Notes: generated from the sequence alone by a model not told the origin. A stretch of 17,584 nt of DNA from an uncultured archaeon (GCA_964447495.1 CAYUTF010000071.1:1-17584); one strand, 5' to 3'; counted from the first letter of the stretch, positions 7,441-16,303 are shown. Program-made: numbers and translations.

Positions 7441-10400
7441 TTGAGAATTATTACTTTAAGTTATTTAAACCCATTCTTTAGGCCATATATCTTTTTAAAA
7501 GCACCAAAATCGATTGAGAAGTATGAACTTGATCAAGTCCCCTTCTTAATGCAAATGTATGATAATGGTTTTTTTAAACACATGTTCGGAAAGTTTAAAA
7601 CAGCCAATTTATTGTTTGAGATTCCTAGTGAATATTCAAGGACAAAAAAAGAGCAATTATTAATTTCAATAATAATCGATAATAAAAGCAAGTTTAACAC
7701 AGCTTTAACTCAAGAACTTTTAGAAGGATTTGTTGAAGAATTTAAAAAAATTGAATCAGCATTTAAAGCATTTTATCTTGAATCTCAAGTCTATAAAGGA
7801 GACATAGATAAATATAATGAAATTAAAAGGCTAATAGACACTTTTTATATCACATTTCCTAAGAAGGATGTGATATTTGAACAAAAAGAAGCAAAAATTT
7901 TAGTTTTTGGATTATTTTTAGCTGGGAAAACCACTCTCATAAGATGTCGAAGAAAATCGGTGTCAAAAACCATATTTCCAACTATAAGTGTGGATATTTC
8001 TAAGATTCTAGTTAATAATGTTTCTTTACTAACCTATGATACTCCTGGACAATTTAAATTTAAGGAGATCTGGAAACCCTATCTAAAAAACCAAGATGGG
8101 TTAATTTTTGTGCTAGATATTAATGATAAAATTAAATTTCCAGATGCTTTTGCTCTATTACATGAGATTGCTGGACATCCAGACCTAAAAGAACTCCCAT
8201 TACTTATCCTTTTTAACAAAGTTGATTTAGAAAAACCAGATATTAATGAGCTGGTAAACTCTATGGCTCTAGAAAAATTAGGAAAGCGCCCATTAAAATA
8301 CTTTTTAACGAGTGGGATTAAAAACATAAACGTTGACGAAGCTTTTAATTGGTTATCGCTAAAAATAGCAGAAAGGCTTGAAGTATACGTATCAAGGAGC
8401 GAAGTCGGAATAATTTTCTGTAGATGGGATGAAAATCTGGGTGTAAAGATCGAATTTGTGTATCCAGAAGATGCATTTGAGGATCCTGAATTGATTTCAA
8501 TAAAAAGTTTTTCTGTTTCGCAATTTTTTATAGCAGGTGTTGAATTAAAACAACGCTCTGTGATCCTTCCATTTCCTCATTTAAATTCTTATGCTGCTAT
8601 TTATTTTGATTATATCCCTGATGAAAGCATTAGAGGAGGACTATTACCATTATGTATTATAGTATATTATAACGAAAATTTTCCAAAAGAAATTATCAGC
8701 CAATTTAATGGTTATATTTTTGATTTATTTAACAATGTAAAAAATAATTATCTTGATAAAAATACAGTTATTGATTTAATAAAGTCAGCACAACATGTCA
8801 TATTAAATGAAATTGAGCAATTTAGACCTTCGATTGAAGCACTTAAGTTAGCTGAATTACGATATGAAGCTTTATTTAAAGCTGCTCGAGATGCAATTTT
8901 AATTATTGATCGAAGATCAGGTGTAATAATAGATGCTAATATCCAAGCAGAAAAATTATTCCAACTGCCATTTGAAGACTTTATTGCTCTCCATTCAAGT
9001 CAGCTACTTACAGATGATATAAGTGTTGATTTTTATGAAAAAATAATACAGCAGATTGAAAATCCGGTGCCTTTAATTACCAACATTATTAGTATATCGG
9101 GTAATCTGGTACCTGTTGAAATTAGTGTAAATGAGGTAAAGGTAGGTCAACAAATCTTAGTTCAATGCATAATTAGGGACATAAGTAAGAGGATTGAGAC
9201 TGAGCGGAAACTATGGGAATCTGAAAATAAATACAGACACCTTTTTCAAGATTCTCCGTTTTCTATTCTTTTAATTGACTCTAAAGGATTTGTAGCTGAT
9301 TGTAACCCGACATTTGAAAATTGTTTAGGATACAAGAAAAGTGAATTAATAAGTAAAAAATTTGTTGAGCTTTCATTAATTCAAGAGGATTATTTAGTGA
9401 ATCTTCTAAAGAGATTCAAAAAAGAAGAAAAGGATCGAATTTTTCCTCCAATAGAGATTCAACTTTATAAGAAAGATGGTAGTCTCATTTGGGTTTCGAT
9501 GCAAACATCTTTCGTTAAAATATATAATCAAATATATCACCAAACAATCTGCCAAGACATAACAGAAAAAAAGAAAATAGAACAAGATTTAACAAAAATT
9601 TTAAAATTATTAACAATCATCACTCGTATCATTTCAAAATTTGTCGGGGTCAAGAATATCAATCAAGCAATTTATGAGTCTCTCAGAGAGATTGGGGAGT
9701 TTATTAATTCTAGTAGAATATATCTTTTTATCTTCAATGAAGAATTTAAATTCATGGATAGATTTTTTATATGGTATGCAAAAGTCATATATCCACAGTT
9801 AGAAGTTCCTCAAACAATAACCTCTGAAAGCTTTCCATGGTTAGCTGAGAAACTTAAAACTAATGATTATTTTTATATCCAAAATGTAGATGAACTTCCA
9901 ACCACCTCAAAACTTATAAAATCATTTCTCCAAAGCCAAAATATTAAGAATTGTCTTATATTCTCAATTAAAATTAATAATTCATTAGAAGGTTTAATTT
10001 TCTTTGGAAATATTTTAGATGAGGCTTATTGGGGGTTTAAACGTTTCGATACCCTATGTATTTTTCCTGAAATCCTTAAAAATGTAATAGAGCGCGAATT
10101 AATCAAGGAAAATGTACACAAACGTGAGGAAGATTTTCATCGTCAATTTGATCAAGAATATTTCTATCGAGAATTATTTGTAAATGATATCTATAGTATA
10201 TTAACAAATCTCTTGACTCTTTTTGAAGAATTTAGTCAGCGACAATATCAATTTTCTGGAACCTTTACAAAAAATTGGTTAAACAATGTTATTAGTCAGT
10301 GTACAAATAGTTTTCAGTTAATCTCAATAATTCGAACTCTAACTCTCCTAAATGAATCGAATAAAGTAATTAAAAAAATTGATTTAAATAAAGTTATTGA

Positions 10401-10812
10401 TGATGTCTTAGAATATTTCGTAAAAACGTATACAAATAAAAAAATAAATCTTACAATCGAAATTCCCAGCGATCATATTTATGTTCAGGCGGATGAATTT
10501 TTATTAGACGTTTTTACAAATATTATATTCAGCTCCATAAAATATAACCCAAATCCAGTAATAGATTTTAAAATTGTAGTTGATAAAACACTTCAAGATA
10601 ATATTAATTATATTAAAATTGAATTTGTGGATTATAAGAGTGAAATATCCCATATACAAAAAGAAATTCTTTTGCACAAGGATGTCGAGAAAGATAGTAA
10701 AATTAAGGAACTTCTTTTAGGTTTTCTTTTAGTTGAAAAAATTTTAGATAATTATAATGGTAAAATATGGGTCGAGGCAAATAATTTTGTTGTGTTGATT
10801 CCTGAAGCTTGA
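7441..10812 (+). CDS. Multidomain signalling protein: longin-like / Arf-like small GTPase / longin-like / PAS / PAS / GAF / degenerate histidine-kinase core
   Basis: TTG start preceded by GGAG. G1 GLFLAGKTT (aa157-165), G2 FPTIS, G3 YDTPGQ, WKPYLKNQDGLIFVLDIND, G4 NKVD (259-262), G5 TSG. PAS1 RYEALFKAARDAILIID...IIRDISKR and PAS2 KYRHLFQDSPFSILLID...CQDITEKK. GAF AIYESLREIGEFINSSRIYLF...LEGLIFF. HisKA/HATPase-like tail ELFVNDI...LLDVFTNIIFSSIKYN...LGFLLVEKILDNYNGKIWVE. Confidence 0.9.
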   Translation: MRIITLSYLNPFFRPYIFLKAPKSIEKYELDQVPFLMQMYDNGFFKHMFGKFKTANLLFEIPSEYSRTKKEQLLISIIIDNKSKFNTALTQELLEGFVEEFKKIESAFKAFYLESQVYKGDIDKYNEIKRLIDTFYITFPKKDVIFEQKEAKILVFGLFLAGKTTLIRCRRKSVSKTIFPTISVDISKILVNNVSLLTYDTPGQFKFKEIWKPYLKNQDGLIFVLDINDKIKFPDAFALLHEIAGHPDLKELPLLILFNKVDLEKPDINELVNSMALEKLGKRPLKYFLTSGIKNINVDEAFNWLSLKIAERLEVYVSRSEVGIIFCRWDENLGVKIEFVYPEDAFEDPELISIKSFSVSQFFIAGVELKQRSVILPFPHLNSYAAIYFDYIPDESIRGGLLPLCIIVYYNENFPKEIISQFNGYIFDLFNNVKNNYLDKNTVIDLIKSAQHVILNEIEQFRPSIEALKLAELRYEALFKAARDAILIIDRRSGVIIDANIQAEKLFQLPFEDFIALHSSQLLTDDISVDFYEKIIQQIENPVPLITNIISISGNLVPVEISVNEVKVGQQILVQCIIRDISKRIETERKLWESENKYRHLFQDSPFSILLIDSKGFVADCNPTFENCLGYKKSELISKKFVELSLIQEDYLVNLLKRFKKEEKDRIFPPIEIQLYKKDGSLIWVSMQTSFVKIYNQIYHQTICQDITEKKKIEQDLTKILKLLTIITRIISKFVGVKNINQAIYESLREIGEFINSSRIYLFIFNEEFKFMDRFFIWYAKVIYPQLEVPQTITSESFPWLAEKLKTNDYFYIQNVDELPTTSKLIKSFLQSQNIKNCLIFSIKINNSLEGLIFFGNILDEAYWGFKRFDTLCIFPEILKNVIERELIKENVHKREEDFHRQFDQEYFYRELFVNDIYSILTNLLTLFEEFSQRQYQFSGTFTKNWLNNVISQCTNSFQLISIIRTLTLLNESNKVIKKIDLNKVIDDVLEYFVKTYTNKKINLTIEIPSDHIYVQADEFLLDVFTNIIFSSIKYNPNPVIDFKIVVDKTLQDNINYIKIEFVDYKSEISHIQKEILLHKDVEKDSKIKELLLGFLLVEKILDNYNGKIWVEANNFVVLIPEA

Positions 10813-10815
10813 TAT

Positions 10816-11595
10816 TTATAATCTAGTTATATCTTTTTTAACTTTATCTAATTGCTTTTTTAATTTTACAAAAAATTCTGGTGTTGAAATTTGGTACGGT
10901 ATAGGATATCTTGTCCCTGCTTTATGCGTTTGTTCCATTCCCGATATAATTTCGTTTACCAATTTAAATGGAATTGATGCAATTAAGTCGTTATCAGTTG
11001 CCTTTCCATATCGGCGATCACCTAGACATGGAAACGCGATCTGTAAATCATTAGTGAGTAACGTCTTGGTTATAGTATCGGCACAGACTCCATCACAAAA
11101 TGTAGACATACTGACCCTCCCCCCTTTCTTCCATAAATATCCTTGGATAATTCGCATCATTTGAGCAGAGTTTCCCCAAATTAAGATTAGATCCGGCTCA
11201 AAATCTACACGTTTTAACGCTCCACTAACTATCGCTGTAAATTCATTAGTAGGTAATTTTGGAATACTTGCAGCAGTTATTTTAGCTGCTTGCTTGGTTT
11301 CGTTATATCGTCCAATAAAGAAGGCTCCTTCTTCAAAAAGATCATTTGATTCTTCAAAGCCTATTGATATGTCTGCTAAAGGACATATATTATCCTCTTT
11401 AGTGCATCCCATAGTCCAACCATAGTAACGCGCGTAACTAAAAAGTTGACATAGTACTATCTTCTCTTCCGGTCGTTTTAAGAATTTAATATTATTAAGC
11501 TCTTCAGAATCCTTAAATAATTTTAAAGCGACAGGAAATGTAGCTAATCGTAAATATTTATTTAATTGATTGTCTAAATTTTCCCATTTCGTCAT
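10816..11595 (-). CDS. DUF169 family protein
   Basis: LRLATFPVALKL, LCQLFSYARYYG, C-P, EPDLILIWGNSAQMMRI, GVCAD, PCLGDRRYG and DLIASIP follow the conserved-Cys pattern of DUF169. Confidence 0.85.
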   Translation of the reverse strand: MTKWENLDNQLNKYLRLATFPVALKLFKDSEELNNIKFLKRPEEKIVLCQLFSYARYYGWTMGCTKEDNICPLADISIGFEESNDLFEEGAFFIGRYNETKQAAKITAASIPKLPTNEFTAIVSGALKRVDFEPDLILIWGNSAQMMRIIQGYLWKKGGRVSMSTFCDGVCADTITKTLLTNDLQIAFPCLGDRRYGKATDNDLIASIPFKLVNEIISGMEQTHKAGTRYPIPYQISTPEFFVKLKKQLDKVKKDITRL

Positions 11596-11617
11596 GATTC
11601 GTTCACTTCAAATTTTT

Positions 11618-12745
11618 CTAAGGTGTTTTTTGTTTTATCCTATTTTTTCTCTCAAATATTTTATCAAACAAATCATCCATAGTAGGAAATGGAATAAACT
11701 CTTTCTCTCTCTTTTTTAAACTAATAGCATCCACGGGGCATTTTACGACACAATTTCCACAACCAATACATCGCTTGTGTTTAATTTTTGATATATCATC
11801 AACTAGCTTTATAGCTTCCATAGGACAAATTGTCACACAAATTCCACAACCAGTACAAAGTTCAGGATCAACTTCAGCAAAATAATTAGTTATTGTCATA
11901 TTCCTGGGATTAGGAAATTTAATATATCGCGACAAAGACTCACAGCAACAACTACAACAACTACATATAAACCCTAGTTTTTGGGAATTATCTGGCTGAA
12001 GCACTAGCCCATCTTCTTGATTTTGTCTTAAAATTTGAATTGCTTCTTTTTTACTTATTTCACGTCCCCAACCTTGATCAATATACATTTTTGCAGCAAA
12101 TCCAAATCCCATACAAACTTCTCTACGATTGGTGACTTTACAAGGATCCTCCTCCAAATCTTTTAATTGTCTGCAAATACAATTTGTAACCATGTAAGGG
12201 CCTTCAGTATTTTCAATCAACGTTTCAAGGGAATCATATTGACTGATATTTTGCTCAAATTCGATGCTTTTTTCTATAGGAATGGTACGGAGCTGAGCTC
12301 CTTTAACTTTGAAAGCCTCTGGCAACCACGCTTCATCGAAGTAATCACTAAAATCCTTTATAAATTCTTTAGGCAATTTATCCAATTTGTTGACTTGAAA
12401 TTCAAACATCCCTACCATTAGTAAAGCATTTCCGTAATATTTATTGTCCTTGTCCCTCTTGAACATGAGTAAGCCTTTCTTGACCATACTATCTAATTTA
12501 TTTTCCAATTCATCCTTAGTGATTTCCTTATTTTTCACTCTATCATAAATGGTATTTAATGGTTCTAAATCTCTTTCCCAACCAAATCGTAAGTAAGTCG
12601 CTAATTTTGCCTCCTCTGGGGTAAAAAGATGCTTTAATAGACGAATTCCCGCGCCTGATTTCGTTGCTGGAAAGCCAATAGGCATTTTATCAAGATGTTG
12701 CTGTAGTTCTATATATATTTTTGAATCGGATATTTTCTCATTCAT
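11618..12745 (-). CDS. 4Fe-4S dicluster domain-containing (polyferredoxin-like) protein
   Basis: Two CxxCxxCxxxCP motifs (CTGCGICVTICP, CIGCGNCVVKCP) plus CICRQ, EVC and ICSCCSCCC. N-terminal LLKHLFTPEEA helical/wHTH-like region typical of this anaerobe family. Confidence 0.9.
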   Translation of the reverse strand: MNEKISDSKIYIELQQHLDKMPIGFPATKSGAGIRLLKHLFTPEEAKLATYLRFGWERDLEPLNTIYDRVKNKEITKDELENKLDSMVKKGLLMFKRDKDNKYYGNALLMVGMFEFQVNKLDKLPKEFIKDFSDYFDEAWLPEAFKVKGAQLRTIPIEKSIEFEQNISQYDSLETLIENTEGPYMVTNCICRQLKDLEEDPCKVTNRREVCMGFGFAAKMYIDQGWGREISKKEAIQILRQNQEDGLVLQPDNSQKLGFICSCCSCCCESLSRYIKFPNPRNMTITNYFAEVDPELCTGCGICVTICPMEAIKLVDDISKIKHKRCIGCGNCVVKCPVDAISLKKREKEFIPFPTMDDLFDKIFERKNRIKQKTP

Positions 12746-12860
12746 AAAATCATAACTTTTTATTTATAAGGTAAATATTATTCTAAATTTATTATAGGAT
12801 ATAAAAATTAATTATCTTATCAAATATTTCCGATTATTATAAAATACAGAGTGTTAAAAA

Positions 12861-13400
12861 ATGGCACCGAATAGGATAAGATTAAAACAAGGATTAATTC
12901 AATGTTATTTTGGAAGAGGAAAGGGAAAAACGACTGCTGCATTGGGACAAGGATTACGAGCAACAGGGCATGGTTTTAAAGTATACATGATCCAATTTAT
13001 GAAAGGATGGCATTATGGTGAAATAGAAGCAATTAAATTAATTCCAAACTTTGAATTGGCCCAATTTGGAACCCCTGATTTAATAGCAGAGCCTAAAGCG
13101 ATTGATATTGAAGAAGGTAAGAAAGCAATGGAATTCGCTAAAAAAATCATTATGAGTGATGAATACGACATTGTAATCCTTGATGAAATAGCTGTAGCTA
13201 TTGAATATAATATAGTAAAGCTCGAAGATGTCTTAGAGTTATTAAATAATAAACCAGAGAAAGTCGAGATCATTCTAACTGGAGGCCCTAAAATGCACCC
13301 CAAAATTAAAGAACGAGCAGATCTGCTCACAGAAATGAGATTGATTAAGCATTATTATTCATCTAAAGGAATAACTGCAAGAAAAGGAATAGAATATTAA
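12861..13400 (+). CDS. cobO: Cob(I)yrinic acid a,c-diamide adenosyltransferase (CobO/BtuR/CobA family)
   Basis: GLIQCYFGRGKGKTTAALGQGLRATGHG P-loop, IQFMKG, YDIVILDEI, ADLLTEM, KHYY and ARKGIEY terminus. Confidence 0.95.
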   Translation: MAPNRIRLKQGLIQCYFGRGKGKTTAALGQGLRATGHGFKVYMIQFMKGWHYGEIEAIKLIPNFELAQFGTPDLIAEPKAIDIEEGKKAMEFAKKIIMSDEYDIVILDEIAVAIEYNIVKLEDVLELLNNKPEKVEIILTGGPKMHPKIKERADLLTEMRLIKHYYSSKGITARKGIEY

Positions 13401-13419
13401 AAAAGTTTTAAAAATTATA

Positions 13420-16173
13420 CTATTCAAGTATCTTTAACTGATCTTCGAGTTGTTCAATTTTAATTTTTAATTCCGCAAGATTTTGTGTTTCTTTTTCGAC
13501 CAATTCTTTAGGTGCACGTTCTGAAAATTGACTTTGTAGTTTTTTTTCAATACTTCTTATTTTATTTTTTGTTTTTTCTAAGGATATTTTCACTCTTGTT
13601 CTTTGTTTATCGAAGTCTATCATTCCAGCTAGCGGAACGAAAGCAGGGATACCTCGAAGTACAACTCGCGCAGATTGAGTAGGTGGAGTGATTTTAGTTG
13701 CAATTTTGAATTTTTCCTTATCAATAAACGCCATTTTGATTAATTCATTCTTACATAATTCAAACAGTTCAAGATATGATTCCGTCTCAATATGTAGTGG
13801 TACTAATGTCTTCAATGGAATATCAAAATCATGCTTCACCCGTCTTACCTCTCGGACAAAATCTTCCATTAAAAGAAAACTTTCCTCAATTTTAGGATCA
13901 ATGATATCTTTATTTGCACGTGGCCAAGGTGCATACATTATCGTGGGAACACTTTTAAGGTTTTCCGGAAGTGCTTGCCATAATTTTTCAGTGATAAAAG
14001 GCATTACAGGATGTATTAATCTATAAAATGTTTCTAAAACATGAAGCAAAATTGATTTCTGAACATATTTATCAGGATAATCTTCATCATATAGAAAAAT
14101 TTTGCTCATTTCAATATACCAATCGCAAAATTCACTCCAGAAAAATGATTTTATTTCTCGAGTCATCTGCAAGTAATCATAATTATCCATGTACTCCTGA
14201 ACCACTCGAATTAATGAGTTTAATCGTGATAATATCCATTTGTCAGGAAATTTCAACTTTCGTAGGTCTATCTCGTCTATTTTAGGAATATACTCCTCTG
14301 GATTAATGTTGGTTAATACATATCGTGATGCTTGCCATATTTTATTACAATATTTATGAGCCACATCGATATTTTTCGGGTCTAAGTTGGTATCTAATCC
14401 GGGAACACTATTAGAAATAAGAACATAACGAAGAGAATCAGCTCCATAATCCTTTATTATCACGAGCGGATCATATTCATCAACATTTTCCATTGATTTA
14501 CTAATTTTCTTTCCTTTCTCATCGCGGATTAAACCATGTAAATATACCATGTGGTAAGGAACTTGACCTGTTAGTTCAATACTCATCATAATTTCGCGAG
14601 CGACCCAAAAGAAGAGAATATCATAGCCAGTTTCCCTTGTATCGGTAGGAAAAAATCTTTTAAAATCTGAATTTTCCAGATTTGGCCATCCTAAGGTTGA
14701 AAAAGGCCATAATGCGCTAGAAAACCAAGTATCCAATACATCTTCATCTTGATGCACTTTAGAACTTCCACATTTAGGACAAGTATCAATAATGTCTATA
14801 GCTGGTTCTGGACAAATTTCTGCTTGACAATCATCACAATACCACACTGGAATTCTATGACCCCACCAAAGCTGACGAGAGATGCACCAATCATGAATAT
14901 TTTCCATCCACTGAAAGAATCTTAGCTCCTCCCTTAAAGGAATAATTTTAGTCTCACCAACACGCACTTTTTCTATTGCAGCTTGAGCAAGCGTCTTGGT
15001 GCTTACAAACCATTGAATAGAGACTCGAGGCTCGATAATGGTATGACATCGTTGACAATGTGCTATTGAATGAGTATACGGTTCTGTTTTTATTAATAAC
15101 CCTTCTTTTTCTAAGTCCTTAATGATGAGTTCTCTACATTGGTATCTATCTAATCCCGTATAAGACTCAACAAAACCGGGTAAAATTTCTGCATTCTCAG
15201 TAAAAATATTAATAAATTCTAAATCATGGCGTTTCCCTATTTCAAAATCGTTCGGATCATGAGCAGGAGTAATTTTTAAAGCACCCGTACCAAACTCTGG
15301 ATCAACAAGATCATCTGTTATAATTGGAATAATACGACCAACCCCAGGCACGACTGCTTTCTTACCAATATACTTTTCATATATAGGATGGGTTTCAATT
15401 GTTGCAACAGCACTATCTCCAAGTATAGTTTCTGGTCGCGTTGTCGCAACGGTAATAAAATCGCTTGCCCCTTTTGACCATTTACCACTAGACCAAGGAT
15501 GCTTAGGACCTTGCCATGAATCAGTAATGATTGGATATTTTATATACCATAGAAAACTCTGCTGATCTTCTGATTCGGTCTCAAGATCGGAAATAGCAGA
15601 TTCACATCTTCCGGGACACCAATTTACTAGATATTCTCCCCGATAAATTAATCCTTTGCGATATAATCTATAGAAAGCTTCACGAACTGCTTTGGATAAA
15701 TCAGGATCTAAAGTGAAATGTTCTCGCGACCAATCAGCGCTGATACCTAGACTTTTTGATTGTTCTGTAATTCTAGCATGGTAAATCTCCTTCCATTCCC
15801 ATACCTTTTCGACAAATTTTTCACGACCGATTTCCTTGCGCTTAATACCTTGTTTGAGTAACTCTCGTTCAACCACATTTTGAGTGGCTATTCCGGCATG
15901 ATCTGTGCCGGGAATATAGAGTGTTTCTTTTTGACGCATTCTCTCGTATCTCGTCATTAAATCTTCCAAAGATATGGTTATAGCATGTCCTAAATGGAGT
16001 TGGCCCGTTACATTCGGCAATGGAATAGTAATGCAATATCTTTCTGAATTTTCATTGGTAATACCAAGTGCCTTAGACTTTTCAGGAGCAAAAAAGCCTT
16101 CTTTTTCCCACCAATCATATAATTCCTTTTCAATCTTACGATGATCGTAAGTCTTAATTAATTCCTTCATCAT
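13420..16173 (-). CDS. valS: Valine--tRNA ligase (bacterial-type)
   Basis: PLPNVTGQLHLGHA (HIGH), PGTDHAGIATQNVVE, ATTRPET, GTGALKITPAHDPND, DWCISRQLWWGHRIP, DVLDTWFSSALWPF, TGYDILFFWVAR, KISKS (KMSKS) and a C-terminal coiled-coil arm. The start may be the second ATG at 16170. Confidence 0.98.
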   Translation of the reverse strand: MMKELIKTYDHRKIEKELYDWWEKEGFFAPEKSKALGITNENSERYCITIPLPNVTGQLHLGHAITISLEDLMTRYERMRQKETLYIPGTDHAGIATQNVVERELLKQGIKRKEIGREKFVEKVWEWKEIYHARITEQSKSLGISADWSREHFTLDPDLSKAVREAFYRLYRKGLIYRGEYLVNWCPGRCESAISDLETESEDQQSFLWYIKYPIITDSWQGPKHPWSSGKWSKGASDFITVATTRPETILGDSAVATIETHPIYEKYIGKKAVVPGVGRIIPIITDDLVDPEFGTGALKITPAHDPNDFEIGKRHDLEFINIFTENAEILPGFVESYTGLDRYQCRELIIKDLEKEGLLIKTEPYTHSIAHCQRCHTIIEPRVSIQWFVSTKTLAQAAIEKVRVGETKIIPLREELRFFQWMENIHDWCISRQLWWGHRIPVWYCDDCQAEICPEPAIDIIDTCPKCGSSKVHQDEDVLDTWFSSALWPFSTLGWPNLENSDFKRFFPTDTRETGYDILFFWVAREIMMSIELTGQVPYHMVYLHGLIRDEKGKKISKSMENVDEYDPLVIIKDYGADSLRYVLISNSVPGLDTNLDPKNIDVAHKYCNKIWQASRYVLTNINPEEYIPKIDEIDLRKLKFPDKWILSRLNSLIRVVQEYMDNYDYLQMTREIKSFFWSEFCDWYIEMSKIFLYDEDYPDKYVQKSILLHVLETFYRLIHPVMPFITEKLWQALPENLKSVPTIMYAPWPRANKDIIDPKIEESFLLMEDFVREVRRVKHDFDIPLKTLVPLHIETESYLELFELCKNELIKMAFIDKEKFKIATKITPPTQSARVVLRGIPAFVPLAGMIDFDKQRTRVKISLEKTKNKIRSIEKKLQSQFSERAPKELVEKETQNLAELKIKIEQLEDQLKILE

Positions 16174-16285
16174 TTTTATTCAACGAATGTTTATAATAAA
16201 TTCCAGAAATCTCTTAAAATTTAGTAAATATGAATCAAGAATCTAGATAAATTAAAAGTTATTTCAAAATAATTTAAAACAAATT

Positions 16286-16303
16286 AAAAAAGAAAAGAAA
16301 AAG
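16286..16303 (-). terminator. Putative U-rich terminator downstream of the MaoC gene
   Basis: The plus-strand A-rich run AAAAAAGAAAAGAAAAAG reads as a T-rich tract on the minus strand just after the 16314 stop. Confidence 0.4.

Noticed and set aside
8079-8327. 82-aa minus-strand ORF
   Set aside because: Antisense to the conserved GTPase domain.
7441-10812. Interpretation as a Roco protein or an ordinary active histidine kinase
   Set aside because: There are no LRR or COR domains, the GTPase motifs are Arf-like, and the kinase catalytic residues are absent.
12167-14285. ORFs 12167..12421, 13013..13330, 13688..14026 and 14028..14285
   Set aside because: All are antisense shadows of the well-supported Fe-S, cobO and valS genes.
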